This document shows positions 47,582-57,976 of a stretch of DNA of 64,000 nucleotides, piece after piece. Both the position numbers and the translations under genes were made by a program. The number at the start of each line of letters is the position of its first letter. Positions within the stretch are counted from its first letter, which is position 1. The notes beneath the pieces are model-generated. The model saw nothing but the letters and a program-made list of their open reading frames with translations, did not search any database and was not told the DNA's origin. The DNA is taken from assembly GCA_963836075.1 (NCBI GenBank), contig CAWIIB010000009.1, forward strand, positions 2,912,001-2,976,000. The letters are read 5' to 3'. The DNA comes from an uncultured Acidobacteriota bacterium (GTDB lineage Bacteria; Acidobacteriota; JAQAZP01).

Positions 47582-50500
47582 ATGCGTAACAGCCTTGTCC
47601 TGCGGTTGGCCATTGGCCTGCTGCTCATTCCTGCCCTGGCCTGTCTGGTCATGGTCTTCGTCAATGAGAGCGGAGGCCGCAAGTCCGAGACTGTGGCCAC
47701 CACCATCCCGGCGGTGCCGATGCTCGGTAAAAACCCCTCGCCCACGGAGATCGTCCAGTGGAAACAGGACCGCGAGGAGTTCAAGCGGCAGCGGGAGGAG
47801 TGGCTGGAGAGCTTGCACTTCGCGGCCCCGGGGACCGACTGGAAGGCCATCGAGAAGCAGAACCGGCGAAACAATATCGAGCAGCGGCAGGCGCTGGAAA
47901 AGGCACAGCGCCAGGCGGCCGCCCCGGTGCGCGGGGCCCAGTGGAACGAGGTGGGCAGCAACAACCAGGCCGGGCGAACCCGCTGGTCGGCCTGGAGTCC
48001 CGATGACGACACCCTCTACGTTGGTGCGGACAACGGCGGCGTCTGGAAGGGCGACATCAACGGCAGCAGCTGGCAGCCGATCAGCGACGACGTCGGCTAC
48101 GGCGCCAACCAGGTCTATGTCACCCCGGGCAGCCCCAAGGTGCTGACCTACTGCGGCTACAACGGCGAGATCTACGTCAGCACCAACGAGGGCGGCAGCT
48201 GGAACGAGCCGGGCGGGTTCGAGAACGAGGACCTGTGGGAGATCATCCGCATCGTCCGCGACCAGGGCAGCCCCCGGACGCTCTACCTGATGGCCCGCGG
48301 TGCCCACGACACCTCGGGCAATGGATTCCACCTCTACCGCTCGGAAGACGGCGGGCTGAACTACAGCTATGTTTACGACGCCGGCGGCTGGCCCCGCTGC
48401 GACATCTGGATCGACCGGGTGGACCCGGGCCCGCTCTACCTGATGGTCGGCCCCACCATGTATGTCTCCAGCACCGGCGGTGACAGCTTCACCGAACTGG
48501 GCACCGCACCGGTGCAGGCGGCTTACGTGGTACTGGAAGGTTCCGAGGCCGGAGCGCCCACCTTCTACGCCGCCATGCGGACCAACAACGGCAGCTGGCG
48601 GATGTATCGCTCCACCGACGGCGGGATGAACTGGGAGGACCGGCACGCGATCAACGATTTCTGGGAGACGGTGGGGACCTCGATCACCGACCCCGACATC
48701 GTGCTCTTCGCCGGTGTCGAAGTCTGGCGTTCCACCGATGGCGGCTCCAACTTCGCCATCGTCAACGGCTGGGGCGAGTACTACGGTGACCCGGAGTTCA
48801 AACTGCACGCCGACAACCCCAGCATGCAGACCCACTGGATCGACGGCCAGGAGGTCTTCCTCCTCAACACCGACGGTGGGTCCTACAAGTCGTATGACGG
48901 CGTGGCCACGGTGCAGAACATCTCGCTTTCCGGCCTGGGCATCAGCCAGTACTACGACATCTTCACCAGCAGCACCGATCCCTACCTCATCGCCGCCGGC
49001 GCCCAGGACCAGGGCTACCAGGTGTCCAACCCGGACGAGGCAAGGGATCCCTTCCTCAACTTCGAACAGGTCATCAGCGGTGACTACGGCCACCTGACCT
49101 CCACCAATCGCGATCACAATTTCCTCTTCAGCGTCTATCCGGGGTTCATCCTGATCCAGGTCACCGAAGAGTTCCGGAACACCTGGGGGGCCGATTTCCC
49201 GTCCGGCGCCACTTACAACGCCTGGATGCCGCCGCTGCTGGCCGATCCGCTGGACGCCAGCAACTTCTACTTCTGCGCCGACCACCTCTGGTATTACGAC
49301 CGCATCGGTGCCACCAGAGATTACGAAGCCATCGAGCTGCCCTACGATTTCGCCGCCGACGGTGGTGCCTTCGTCTCCGGGCTGGCCATCTCCCCGGCGG
49401 ATCACAACCGCTGGTACGCGGTGGGCAACGCCGGCAACTTCTGGTACTCCTCCGACGCCGGTGAAAACTGGACCATGTCCGAAGACACCGGGCCGGGGAA
49501 CTCCTACCTCTACGGCACCTCGATCATCGCTTCGCCCACCGACCCGCTCACCGCCTGGGCCGGGGGCAGCGGCTACAGCAACCCCGCGGTCTACCGCACG
49601 GTGGACGGCGGGGTGACCTGGGAGCCGATGGGGGAGGGGCTGCCGTCGACGCTGGTCTACATGCTGGCCTTCGACAACGAGCGGGACCAGAGGATCTTTG
49701 CCGCCACCGAGGCCGGGCCGTACGAATTCGACACCTACACCCGGACCTGGTCCAGCATTCTCGGCACCGAGGCGCCGATGACCACCTACTGGGCGGTGGA
49801 GGGCGTGCCCGAACTGGGGGTGGTCCGTTTCGGCACCTACGGCCGCGGCATTTGGGACTACACCCCCGAACCGCGAGTCAACGAGGGCATCCTCGCCGGT
49901 TCCGGCCCGGCCTACGACAACCCGCCGCGGGTCCACGTCTTTCCGCCGGAGGACGGCGCCGCGCCGGCCTACGCCTTCACCCGTACGGCGCGACCCATTA
50001 CGGGGCCAACGTGGCCGCCGGCGACGTGGACGGCGACGGCTTTGACGAGGTGCTCACCGGCGCCGGCCCGGGCGACATCTTCGGCCCCCACGTCCGCGGG
50101 TTCACCGTGGCCGGGGCCCCGATCCCCGGCCTGAACTTCCTGGCCTACGGTACCAACAAATACGGTGTGAACGTGGCAGCCGGCGATATCGACGCCGACG
50201 GTTACGACGAGCTGATCACCGGCGCCGGTCCGGGTGCTGTCTTCGGCCCCCACGTGCGGGCCTTCGATTACGACGGCTCGGGGGGTATCACGCCGGTCTC
50301 CGGGGTGAGTTACTTTGCCTACGGGACGCTGAAATACGGTGTGAATGTGGCCGCCGGCGACCTCGACGGCGACGGCTATGACGAGATCGTCACCGGCGCC
50401 GGTCCGGGCGCCGTGTTCGGCCCCCACGTCCGCGGCTGGAACGTGGACGGCGGGCCGGTGTCATCCATGCCCGGGGTGAGCTACTTCGCCTACGGGACGC

Positions 50501-50886
50501 TGAAGTGGGGGGTCAACGTGGCCTGCGGTGACGTGGACGGCGACGGCATCGACGAGATCATCACCGCACCCGGCCCTTCGGGCTTCTTTGCGGCGCACGT
50601 CCGCGGCTGGAACGTGGACGGCGGGGCGGTCACCACTCTGCCCGGCTTCAACCTCTTTGCCTGGCCGGCCGAAGAAGCGCTTTTCGGCGCCAACGTGGCC
50701 TCGGGCACCGACCTGGACGGCAACGGCCGCGATGAGGTGGTGGTGGGCGCCGGTCCGGACCCCAACGCCGGGGCTGCGGTGCGCGTGTTCCGTTACAGCG
50801 GGTCGGAACTGCAGCAGGCCTTTGACCTGCTGGCCTTCCCCGAAGGCTGGACCCACGGCGCCACCGTGGCGGCCGGAAAATTCTGA
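47582..50886 (+). CDS. BNR/Asp-box beta-propeller (VPS10/glycoside hydrolase-like) protein with C-terminal FG-GAP module (frameshift near 49980)
   Basis: Many S.DGG..W Asp-boxes and GTYGRGIW; continues in the 49852 frame (PYGATHYGANVAAGD...) with five FG-GAP repeats. Confidence 0.87.
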
Positions 50887-50929
50887 TGCCTCTGGTGGGC
50901 GGCGGCCGTCAGCCACCGTCGCCCGCCCC

Positions 50930-53299
50930 TCAAGGCAGCACTTCGAACTCGCACCACCCCTCGGACCAGCGTGGTCCGGGCCAGGCCTCACCGGCCCAGG
51001 CCTGGTAGCGGTACGTGCCGGGGGGGATGCCTCCCACCGGCTGTTCCAGCTGCTCCCAGGTCCTGCTTTCACCCGGCCCCAGCACCAGCGGGAAGGGACC
51101 CTTGAGCGGGGAAAGGTCCTGGATACCGGGAACCGGGTTCTCGGTCCAGACCTCCAGCACCAGCGCAGTCTGAGACGGATTGGAGACCGTGAGGTCAAAG
51201 ACGAAGAGTCCGCCCGGCGGCACCTGGGGGGTGACGGCGCTGAGGCTGACCTGGGGTGCCGGCTGGATGGTGAACTCGCCGTCCAGCTCCGGGCCGGCGG
51301 AGGGGTGGGTGCAGAGCGGTTTCCCGCGCACCACCGTATTGGAGAAGCCCGGCCGGATGAGCGGCAGGTGGTCGGCGTCAAAGCCCATCACCGTTGTGCG
51401 GTCGTTGTATGGCGAGCGGTCCTCCAGGCGGATCAGGCTCTGCTCCTGGTTCAGGATGCCGATGGAGGCGTCGTCACTCCAGAGCGAGGGGCGGAGGTAG
51501 ACCAGACGGAGCAGCCCCGTCCGGTTCCCCCCGATGGCGCAACTGAAGTCGAGGCGGTTGCCGAACCAGTGCGGCTGGCACTGGAACAGGGCCGGTTCCA
51601 GGTGCTCCAGCGGACCCGGGGCGCTGCACTGGTTCCCGTTGAGGGTGACCGTGAAATCCTCGGTCATCGAGCTTTCGCCATCCATCCTCAGGCTCCAGCG
51701 GTCCCAGACATAAATGACCTCCCGGTCATGGAGCCGGAGTTTGGGCTGGATGAACCAGGCCCGCGGGTCGTCGGGCACGGTGAAGGTGGCGCTGAAGGTC
51801 TGCATCTCCGGACTGACCAGGAGACCGCCGGCCACCACCCGGTCCTCCCAGACGTATTTGTCGAGGGTCTCCCGGCAGGGGATGCTGACCAGGATGTCCA
51901 GCAGCCCTTCGCCGGCCTCGGTGCGCAGGTCAGCTGAAAAGGTGTAGCTTTTTCCTGGTATGGCGGCCCCGGTGTTGTGGGGTACCTTGCCCTCGACGTA
52001 CACCTGCCGGGCGCCGGAAGCGGCCAGTTCAAGAGTGTTGCCGCCGGCGATGCGGATCAGGCCGTCCTCCTCCCCGGTGAGCCGGTTCAGCGCCGTTTCG
52101 TCGCCGCGCACCGCGTACCAGTAGCCGCCGTTGTGTATGCCGCTGACCTCGTCCGACTCGTGGCAGCCGTCAAGCTCCGGGTTGTCGATCAGCTCGGTGG
52201 TGGCGCTGCCGATCAACTCCAGCCGGTATTCCTCGGCGAGCATCTGGTTGGTCCATTGCCACTGCTGGCCGTCCAGCACCTGCCGCGGGATGCTGAACCA
52301 CTCCATCCCGCTGGCGGCCACCTGGAAATCCCCCGGCCGTTGGTAGGGCACACCGGCCTCCTCGGAATCGATGAAGGCGTGGGCCTCCGAATCCCAGAGC
52401 CGGATGCCCAGCTCATGGCTGCCGATGGTGACGATGTAGCTCCAGGCGTCCTGCCCGTAGTCTTTCCCGGTGCCCGGCACCAGGACAAATGTGCAGTTGT
52501 CGTCCCACATGCCGGCATGGAGGTTGAAGGCCACGGTGTTCCAGGCCTTTTCGTTGTGACCGTGCATGAACAGTCTGACCTGCGGGTTGGCGGAGAAGAA
52601 GTTCTGCCACCAGGTGATGTCGTTGTAAATCTTGTAGTCGTCCGCGGTCCAGGAGGTGGCGCGGAAGTTTCCCTGGCCGGTGGTCTCGTGGATCGCCTGG
52701 TGGGTCAGGATGACGGTGCTGTTGTGGTGGTAGGTGGCGGTCAGATACTCCAGCCAGTCCCGCTGGGTGTGGGACAGGTGGTAGAGCACGTTGGTCTGGC
52801 CCAGGCCGATGAAGAGCACCCCGTTGTGGAGAAAGGCGAAGCAGTTCTCGTTCATCCCGGCCACTGTCCGGCCCAGGCGCTCGTTGAGCATCGGGTTGCC
52901 GCTGGCGGGCATCCGGTCGTAGTTGCTCAGATCGTGGTTGCCGGTGATGAAGTACCAGGGGATCTCCTGCAGGTTGGCGCTGTGCCGGGCGATCTGACGC
53001 CAGACCTCGTCCACATCCAGCCACTCCTCCTGCAGCCGGTTGTCCGACACCCAGTCGCCCAGCGAGGCCACCACGAAATCGAGAGACGGCAGGTCGGGGT
53101 GCTCCATCCAGTCGCGGACCGTGGCGCTCTCGTGAAGCGGGACCGGGATGGACCGCCAGCCGTAGTGCTGGTCGGCCACGAGGGCGAAGTTGATTGTCCC
53201 TGAATCGTGATCCGTGCCGGAGAGCGGGGCTGCGGGTGTGGCTTCGGGGAAGGTGGTGACAAACAAGATCAGAGCACAGAAGAGGACAGTTTTCCGCAT
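50930..53299 (-). CDS. Secreted calcineurin-like metallophosphoesterase with CBM-like and Ig-like C-terminal domains
   Basis: Signal peptide; ADQH, GDW, GNHD, THQ, HGHNE metal-binding motifs. Confidence 0.85.
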   Translation of the reverse strand: MRKTVLFCALILFVTTFPEATPAAPLSGTDHDSGTINFALVADQHYGWRSIPVPLHESATVRDWMEHPDLPSLDFVVASLGDWVSDNRLQEEWLDVDEVWRQIARHSANLQEIPWYFITGNHDLSNYDRMPASGNPMLNERLGRTVAGMNENCFAFLHNGVLFIGLGQTNVLYHLSHTQRDWLEYLTATYHHNSTVILTHQAIHETTGQGNFRATSWTADDYKIYNDITWWQNFFSANPQVRLFMHGHNEKAWNTVAFNLHAGMWDDNCTFVLVPGTGKDYGQDAWSYIVTIGSHELGIRLWDSEAHAFIDSEEAGVPYQRPGDFQVAASGMEWFSIPRQVLDGQQWQWTNQMLAEEYRLELIGSATTELIDNPELDGCHESDEVSGIHNGGYWYAVRGDETALNRLTGEEDGLIRIAGGNTLELAASGARQVYVEGKVPHNTGAAIPGKSYTFSADLRTEAGEGLLDILVSIPCRETLDKYVWEDRVVAGGLLVSPEMQTFSATFTVPDDPRAWFIQPKLRLHDREVIYVWDRWSLRMDGESSMTEDFTVTLNGNQCSAPGPLEHLEPALFQCQPHWFGNRLDFSCAIGGNRTGLLRLVYLRPSLWSDDASIGILNQEQSLIRLEDRSPYNDRTTVMGFDADHLPLIRPGFSNTVVRGKPLCTHPSAGPELDGEFTIQPAPQVSLSAVTPQVPPGGLFVFDLTVSNPSQTALVLEVWTENPVPGIQDLSPLKGPFPLVLGPGESRTWEQLEQPVGGIPPGTYRYQAWAGEAWPGPRWSEGWCEFEVLP

Positions 53300-53574
53300 C
53301 CGCACCTCCTCCGGAGACGACAGACCGCGGCCGAGCGGGCGCGCTGCCGACCCTTCAGGTCAATGATAAATTGTTGGTCGTTAGAGACAGATTCAGCTGT
53401 CGGAACAACGGACAGCGCTCTGGTTACAATGTAGGCACCGGGGACCGGTTTTTCAAGACCCGGGCATAATTTATTCTGGATTGCGGATGGCACCGGCGTC
53501 CCCGGCCCGCCGTGATAGAATTCCGGTCGGCAGGGCAGTGGGAAAGGGCGGGCCTGAGACCGGAGGAGGATGGT

Positions 53575-54813
53575 GTGAAACTTGGATCTGCCACAGCGGC
53601 GACGGGGCTGCGGGCCTGGCTGCCGCTGTCCGTCCTGCTGCTCCTGTCCCTGGTCGCCGGCTGCTCCGGGGGAAATCAGCCCGGCAGTTCCTCACCGCTG
53701 ACGGGGGAGTTGCCGCCGGTCCAGGCGGCCCCGGGCGGAGGAGCGGCCGGAGCCGCGATGGAGATCCGTCACGCTGCGCTGTTCACCGTGGCCTACCACC
53801 CCTGTGGCAAGGAGGTGGCGGTGCAGGTTCCCTGGCGCCCGCCGGAGGACCCGCTGTGCTACCTGCTGATACCCCGGGGCGGGGAGGTGCCCCGCCGCTT
53901 CGCCGGCCATCGTGTGGTGGAACTGCCGGTGCGCAGCGTGGTGGCCCTCTCCACCACCTACCTGGCCCACATGGAGAGTCTCGGACTGCTGGACACCCTG
54001 GTGGGCCTGGCCAATTTCGATCACGTCTGTTCGCCGGCCATGCGGCGGCGCATCGACCGGGGCGGGCTGGCCGAGGTGGGGGAGAACCAGGCGGTGAACG
54101 TGGAACTGCTGATCGACCTGGATCCCGACCTGGTGCTGGGCTACGGTATCGGGGTGGCCGAGGACGACAACCACCCGGCGCTGTTCGAAGCGGGGCTGGA
54201 CGTGGTGCTGACCACCGAATTCCTGGAGTCCACCCCGCTGGCCCGGGCCGAGTGGTGCAAGTTCATCGCCCTCTTCTTTGACCGGGAAGCCGAGGCGGAA
54301 GCGCTGTTCCGCCGGATGGAACGGCGCTACCTGGAGCTGCAGGGCCTGGCCCGGGACGCCGGTTCCCGTCCCGCGGTGCTGCTCAATGCCGATTTCCAGG
54401 GGGTCTGGTACCTGCCCGGCGGCCGGTCCTACATGGCCACCCTGTTGCACGACGCCGGGGCGCGCTACATCTGGGATGACGATGACTCCTCCGCCACCCG
54501 CGCTTTCGACGCCGAGTCGGTGTTCGAGCGGGGGGCGCGGGCCGAGTTCTGGCTCAACCCGGGCCAGGCGCGATCCCTCGATGAACTGCTCTCCCTCGAC
54601 CGACGCTACAATTATTTCGAAGCGGTGCAGCAGTGCCGGGTGTACAATTGCACCGCCCGGCTGGGGCCCGGGGGCGGCAATGACATCTGGGAGACCGGGG
54701 TGGCCAATCCCCACCTGGTGCTGGCCGACCTGGTGCGCATCTTCCACCCCGATCTGTTGCCGGACCATCAACTCATCTGGTACCATCGGTTGAATTGCCC
54801 CGAACAGGACTGA
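53575..54813 (+). CDS. Fe-siderophore/cobalamin ABC transporter substrate-binding lipoprotein
   Basis: GGAGGA RBS; lipobox VAGC; LSTT, E.LIDLDPDLV, ESTPLARAEW, PHLVLADL..IFHP. Confidence 0.88.
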   Translation: MKLGSATAATGLRAWLPLSVLLLLSLVAGCSGGNQPGSSSPLTGELPPVQAAPGGGAAGAAMEIRHAALFTVAYHPCGKEVAVQVPWRPPEDPLCYLLIPRGGEVPRRFAGHRVVELPVRSVVALSTTYLAHMESLGLLDTLVGLANFDHVCSPAMRRRIDRGGLAEVGENQAVNVELLIDLDPDLVLGYGIGVAEDDNHPALFEAGLDVVLTTEFLESTPLARAEWCKFIALFFDREAEAEALFRRMERRYLELQGLARDAGSRPAVLLNADFQGVWYLPGGRSYMATLLHDAGARYIWDDDDSSATRAFDAESVFERGARAEFWLNPGQARSLDELLSLDRRYNYFEAVQQCRVYNCTARLGPGGGNDIWETGVANPHLVLADLVRIFHPDLLPDHQLIWYHRLNCPEQD

Positions 54814-54839
54814 CCCTTTCCGCTTGTTGCAGGTGAACA

Positions 54840-55919
54840 GTGACCGGCCCCGGTTCCATCAGCACGCCGTCTTCGTCCCGTCGCGGATGGCCGGTGATCG
54901 GCCTGCTCTTCGGTGCCTTGTGCGTGATCTTTGCCCTGGACCTGGCCCTGGGGTCGGTGCGCATCCCGCTGGGCGACATCATCTCCATCCTTTTCGGCGG
55001 CGGGGCGGAGAGGGAGAGCTGGGAAAAGATCGTCCTGGCCTACCGGCTGCCCCGGGCGCTCACTGCCCTGCTCGGCGGCGCCGGGCTGGCGGTGGCCGGC
55101 CTGCAGATGCAGACCCTGTTTCGCAACCCGCTGGCCGGTCCCTTTGTCCTGGGCATCAACGCCGGGGCCAGCCTCGGTGTGGCCGCGGCGGTGCTGACCG
55201 CCGGGGGACTGGCCGGGGCGGGGCTGATCTCCGGCCTGGGCCTCTTCGGCTCCCTGGGGGCGGTGGTCTCGGCCACCCTCGGTTCGGCGCTGGTTTTTGC
55301 CATGATCATGCTGGTCTCCCGCCGGGTGGAGAGCAACATGACGCTGCTGATCCTCGGTCTGATGTTCGGCCACACCGCCGGTGCGGCGGTGAGCGTACTG
55401 CTGCACTTCAGCGCCGCCGAGCAGATCCGGGTCTTCGTGGCCTGGACCTTCGGCAGCTTTGCCGGGGTGGGCTGGGAGCAGCTGAGGGTGCTGGCCCCGG
55501 CGGTGCTGCTGGGCCTGCTGGCCGCCTTCCTGCTGGTCAAGCCGCTGAACGCCCTGCTGCTGGGTGAGTCGTACGCCCGGAGCATGGGCCTGACGGTGAG
55601 CCGGGCCCGGCTGGCCGTGCTGGCCGGCACGTCGCTGCTGGCCGGCGCCATCACCGCCTTCTGCGGACCCATCGCCTTTCTGGGGGTGGCCGTGCCGCAT
55701 CTCTGCCGCGGCCTGCTGGACACCTCGGACCACCGGCTGCTGGTGCCGGCGGTGACCCTGGCCGGCGGGACGCTGGCTCTCACCGCCGACCTGGTGGCCC
55801 AGTTGCCGGGCAGCCAGGCCGTGCTGCCGCTCAACGCCGTGACCTCCCTGATCGGCGCCCCGGTGATCATCTGGGTCATCCTTCAGCGGGCCAACCTGAG
55901 GTCGACGTTCGCCTCATGA
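54840..55919 (+). CDS. FecCD/BtuC-family permease
   Basis: RLPRA, QTLFRNPLAGPFVLG, LLLGESYARSMG, GPIAFLG.AVPH. Confidence 0.93.
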   Translation: MTGPGSISTPSSSRRGWPVIGLLFGALCVIFALDLALGSVRIPLGDIISILFGGGAERESWEKIVLAYRLPRALTALLGGAGLAVAGLQMQTLFRNPLAGPFVLGINAGASLGVAAAVLTAGGLAGAGLISGLGLFGSLGAVVSATLGSALVFAMIMLVSRRVESNMTLLILGLMFGHTAGAAVSVLLHFSAAEQIRVFVAWTFGSFAGVGWEQLRVLAPAVLLGLLAAFLLVKPLNALLLGESYARSMGLTVSRARLAVLAGTSLLAGAITAFCGPIAFLGVAVPHLCRGLLDTSDHRLLVPAVTLAGGTLALTADLVAQLPGSQAVLPLNAVTSLIGAPVIIWVILQRANLRSTFAS

Positions 55920-56977
55920 GCAGACCGATCCTCCAGACCGAAGACCTCTCCATCGGCTACCAGCGGCCGAGGGGCGAGGCGTTCACCGTGGCCCGGGGGA
56001 TTTCCGTCTCGCTGCGGGCCGGGGAGTGCGTCTGTCTGGTGGGACCCAACGGGGCGGGCAAGTCCACTCTGCTCAAGACCCTGGCCGGGATGCTCAAGCC
56101 CCTCAGCGGCCGGGTGCTGGCCGGCGGCGACGATGTCCACGGTCTGCGTCCGCTGGAGCTGGCCCGGCGGTTGAGCGTGGTGCTCACCGACCGGGTCCAG
56201 GCCGGGACGCTCACCGCCTATGCCCTGGTGGCCCTGGGCCGCTATCCTTACACCGGCTGGACCGGCAGGCTCACCGCCCACGACGAAGAACGGGTCCGCA
56301 CCGCCATGTCGGCGGTGGGCGCCGCCGAGCTGGCTTCGCGCAGCGTGTTGGAGCTCTCTGACGGTGAGCGGCAGAAAGTGATGATCGCCCGGGCGCTGGC
56401 CCAGGACCCGAGCCTGATGATCCTCGATGAGCCCACCGCCTTTCTCGACCTGCCCCGCCGGGTGGAGGTGCTGCGCCTGCTGCGCAACCTGGCCCACCGC
56501 AAGTCGCGGGCGGTCCTGCTCTCGACCCATGACCTCGACCTGGCCCTGCGCACCGCGGACACCATCTGGGTGCTGGCCCGGGGCGGCGGTTTGAGCTGCG
56601 GCGTGCCCGAGGACCTGGTGCTGGACGGAGCGTTCGAGACGGCATTCCAGAGCGAGGGCGTGGTGTTCGACCGCGAGACGGGCAGCTTCCGGGTCAGCGG
56701 CGAGGCGCTGGCCACGGTGGCGGTCAACGGTCACGGTGCGGTGCGGCGCTGGACGGTGCGGGGCCTGGAACGGGCCGGCCTGCGGGCGGTCAGCGGGGAA
56801 GAGGCCGCATCGGCCGTGTTCCAGGTGGACGTTTCAGCGGTGGGGGACACGGTGGCCTGGCGGCTGACCCTCGACGGCGGCAAGGCCGCCGAAGGCCGCG
56901 GCGTGGAGGCGCTGCTGGCCGAGGTGCAGCAGGTCAGGTGGGCTGCCCCTCCTTCAGGAGCGCACTCATCGCCTTGA
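55916..56977 (+). CDS. Fe/B12 ABC transporter ATP-binding subunit
   Basis: GPNGAGKST, LSDGERQKVMIARALAQ, LDEPTAFLD. Confidence 0.93.
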   Translation: MSRPILQTEDLSIGYQRPRGEAFTVARGISVSLRAGECVCLVGPNGAGKSTLLKTLAGMLKPLSGRVLAGGDDVHGLRPLELARRLSVVLTDRVQAGTLTAYALVALGRYPYTGWTGRLTAHDEERVRTAMSAVGAAELASRSVLELSDGERQKVMIARALAQDPSLMILDEPTAFLDLPRRVEVLRLLRNLAHRKSRAVLLSTHDLDLALRTADTIWVLARGGGLSCGVPEDLVLDGAFETAFQSEGVVFDRETGSFRVSGEALATVAVNGHGAVRRWTVRGLERAGLRAVSGEEAASAVFQVDVSAVGDTVAWRLTLDGGKAAEGRGVEALLAEVQQVRWAAPPSGAHSSP

Positions 56978-57533
56978 ACCCCGGGTGGCTGGTGTCCCGG
57001 GCCCACTCGAAACCCACCGACTCGTGGTTGGTCAGCACTGCCCCGGCCTGCTGCATCCGTTCCAGGGCGTGGCGGCGATATTCCTCCCCGCGGCCGCTGA
57101 TGCACTCCCAGCAGAGGTGCACCTGGTTCCCCGCCCGCAGCAGCTCGATCACCGTCTGCATCACACAGACGTGGGCCTCGATGCCGGCCACCACCACCTG
57201 CCGCTGCGCGGCGGGCAGTCCGGGTGATGTCTGCTCGAGGAGCTCGTTGAACCGTTCGTCGCCGCAGCAGCCGAAGGCGGTTTTGTCCAGGTAGTGGTGC
57301 TCGGTCTCCAACTGGTCAAAGACCGTGCGGACCTCGGGGTGGGTGGGCCCCAGGCCCCGGGGGTACTGCTCGGTGAGCAGCACCGGCACGCGGTAATGGT
57401 CGGCGAACCTGAGCAGCCGGCAGGTGGCCTGCACCACCAGCGATGGCCGGTGGATCATCTCCATCAGCTTGCCCTGCAGGTCGATGACCAGCACCACGCT
57501 GCGGCGGATGTCGAGAAGTTCGGACGGATGCAT
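56934..57533 (-). CDS. Isochorismatase-family cysteine hydrolase
   Basis: VIDLQGKL, TEQYPRGLGPT, KTAFGC, GIEAHVCVMQT. Confidence 0.92.
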   Translation of the reverse strand: MHPSELLDIRRSVVLVIDLQGKLMEMIHRPSLVVQATCRLLRFADHYRVPVLLTEQYPRGLGPTHPEVRTVFDQLETEHHYLDKTAFGCCGDERFNELLEQTSPGLPAAQRQVVVAGIEAHVCVMQTVIELLRAGNQVHLCWECISGRGEEYRRHALERMQQAGAVLTNHESVGFEWARDTSHPGFKAMSALLKEGQPT

Positions 57534-57549
57534 GATCCCTCCCCGCTGT

Positions 57550-57729
57550 TCAGGGGGGGATACCCACCACCGAGCAGACGGCGTTGGCCGAGTCTCCCGA
57601 AGCGGGATACGGCGGCTGGTTGTAAGGCGCCGGGGTGACGTCGAAGGCCCTGAGGGTGAACATGTTGGTGCCGATCAGCAGGGTGGTGGCGAGCCGCGGG
57701 CGCAGGTTTTGAGCCGGGACTCTTCTCAT
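57550..57729 (-). CDS. 59-aa ORF homologous to the C-terminus of the 26358..29474 protein (microprotein or remnant)
   Basis: GGAGG RBS before ATG 57729; 26 of the last 42 residues are identical to the C-terminus at 29346..29474 (manual alignment). Confidence 0.55.
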   Translation of the reverse strand: MRRVPAQNLRPRLATTLLIGTNMFTLRAFDVTPAPYNQPPYPASGDSANAVCSVVGIPP

Positions 57730-57976
57730 GGGATAATCCTCCGTCAACGATAAACCGGGCGGCTTTGCTGGTCAACAGGTTTAACAGGCGCTCTGGTTCA
57801 TCCGGGACGTGGCAGGTCAAGCGCCGATGGGGAACAACCTTTTCGATCCAACCTCTTCCATGTAATATACAGCCTTCCGGCCGTGAAAACCACTCTCCGC
57901 GGGGATCGGCGGCGCGGCCTGGAGGTGCATCAAGGCTCAACTGGAGACTGTGGCGGTGAGCGCGAAAAAGAAAAAA

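Noticed and set aside
53310-53574. Cobalamin riboswitch upstream of the Fe/B12 importer
   Set aside because: Only a GGGAA fragment is visible; the conserved core and B12-box arrangement could not be found by eye. An Rfam scan would settle it.
56934-56977. 44-bp convergent overlap of the ABC ATPase and isochorismatase genes
   Set aside because: Short 3' overlaps are common in high-GC genomes and the overlapping ATPase tail looks non-conserved.
57550-57675. Diversity-generating retroelement template/variable repeat pair with 29346..29474
   Set aside because: Mismatches are not adenine-specific, many are synonymous, and no reverse transcriptase is present in the window.
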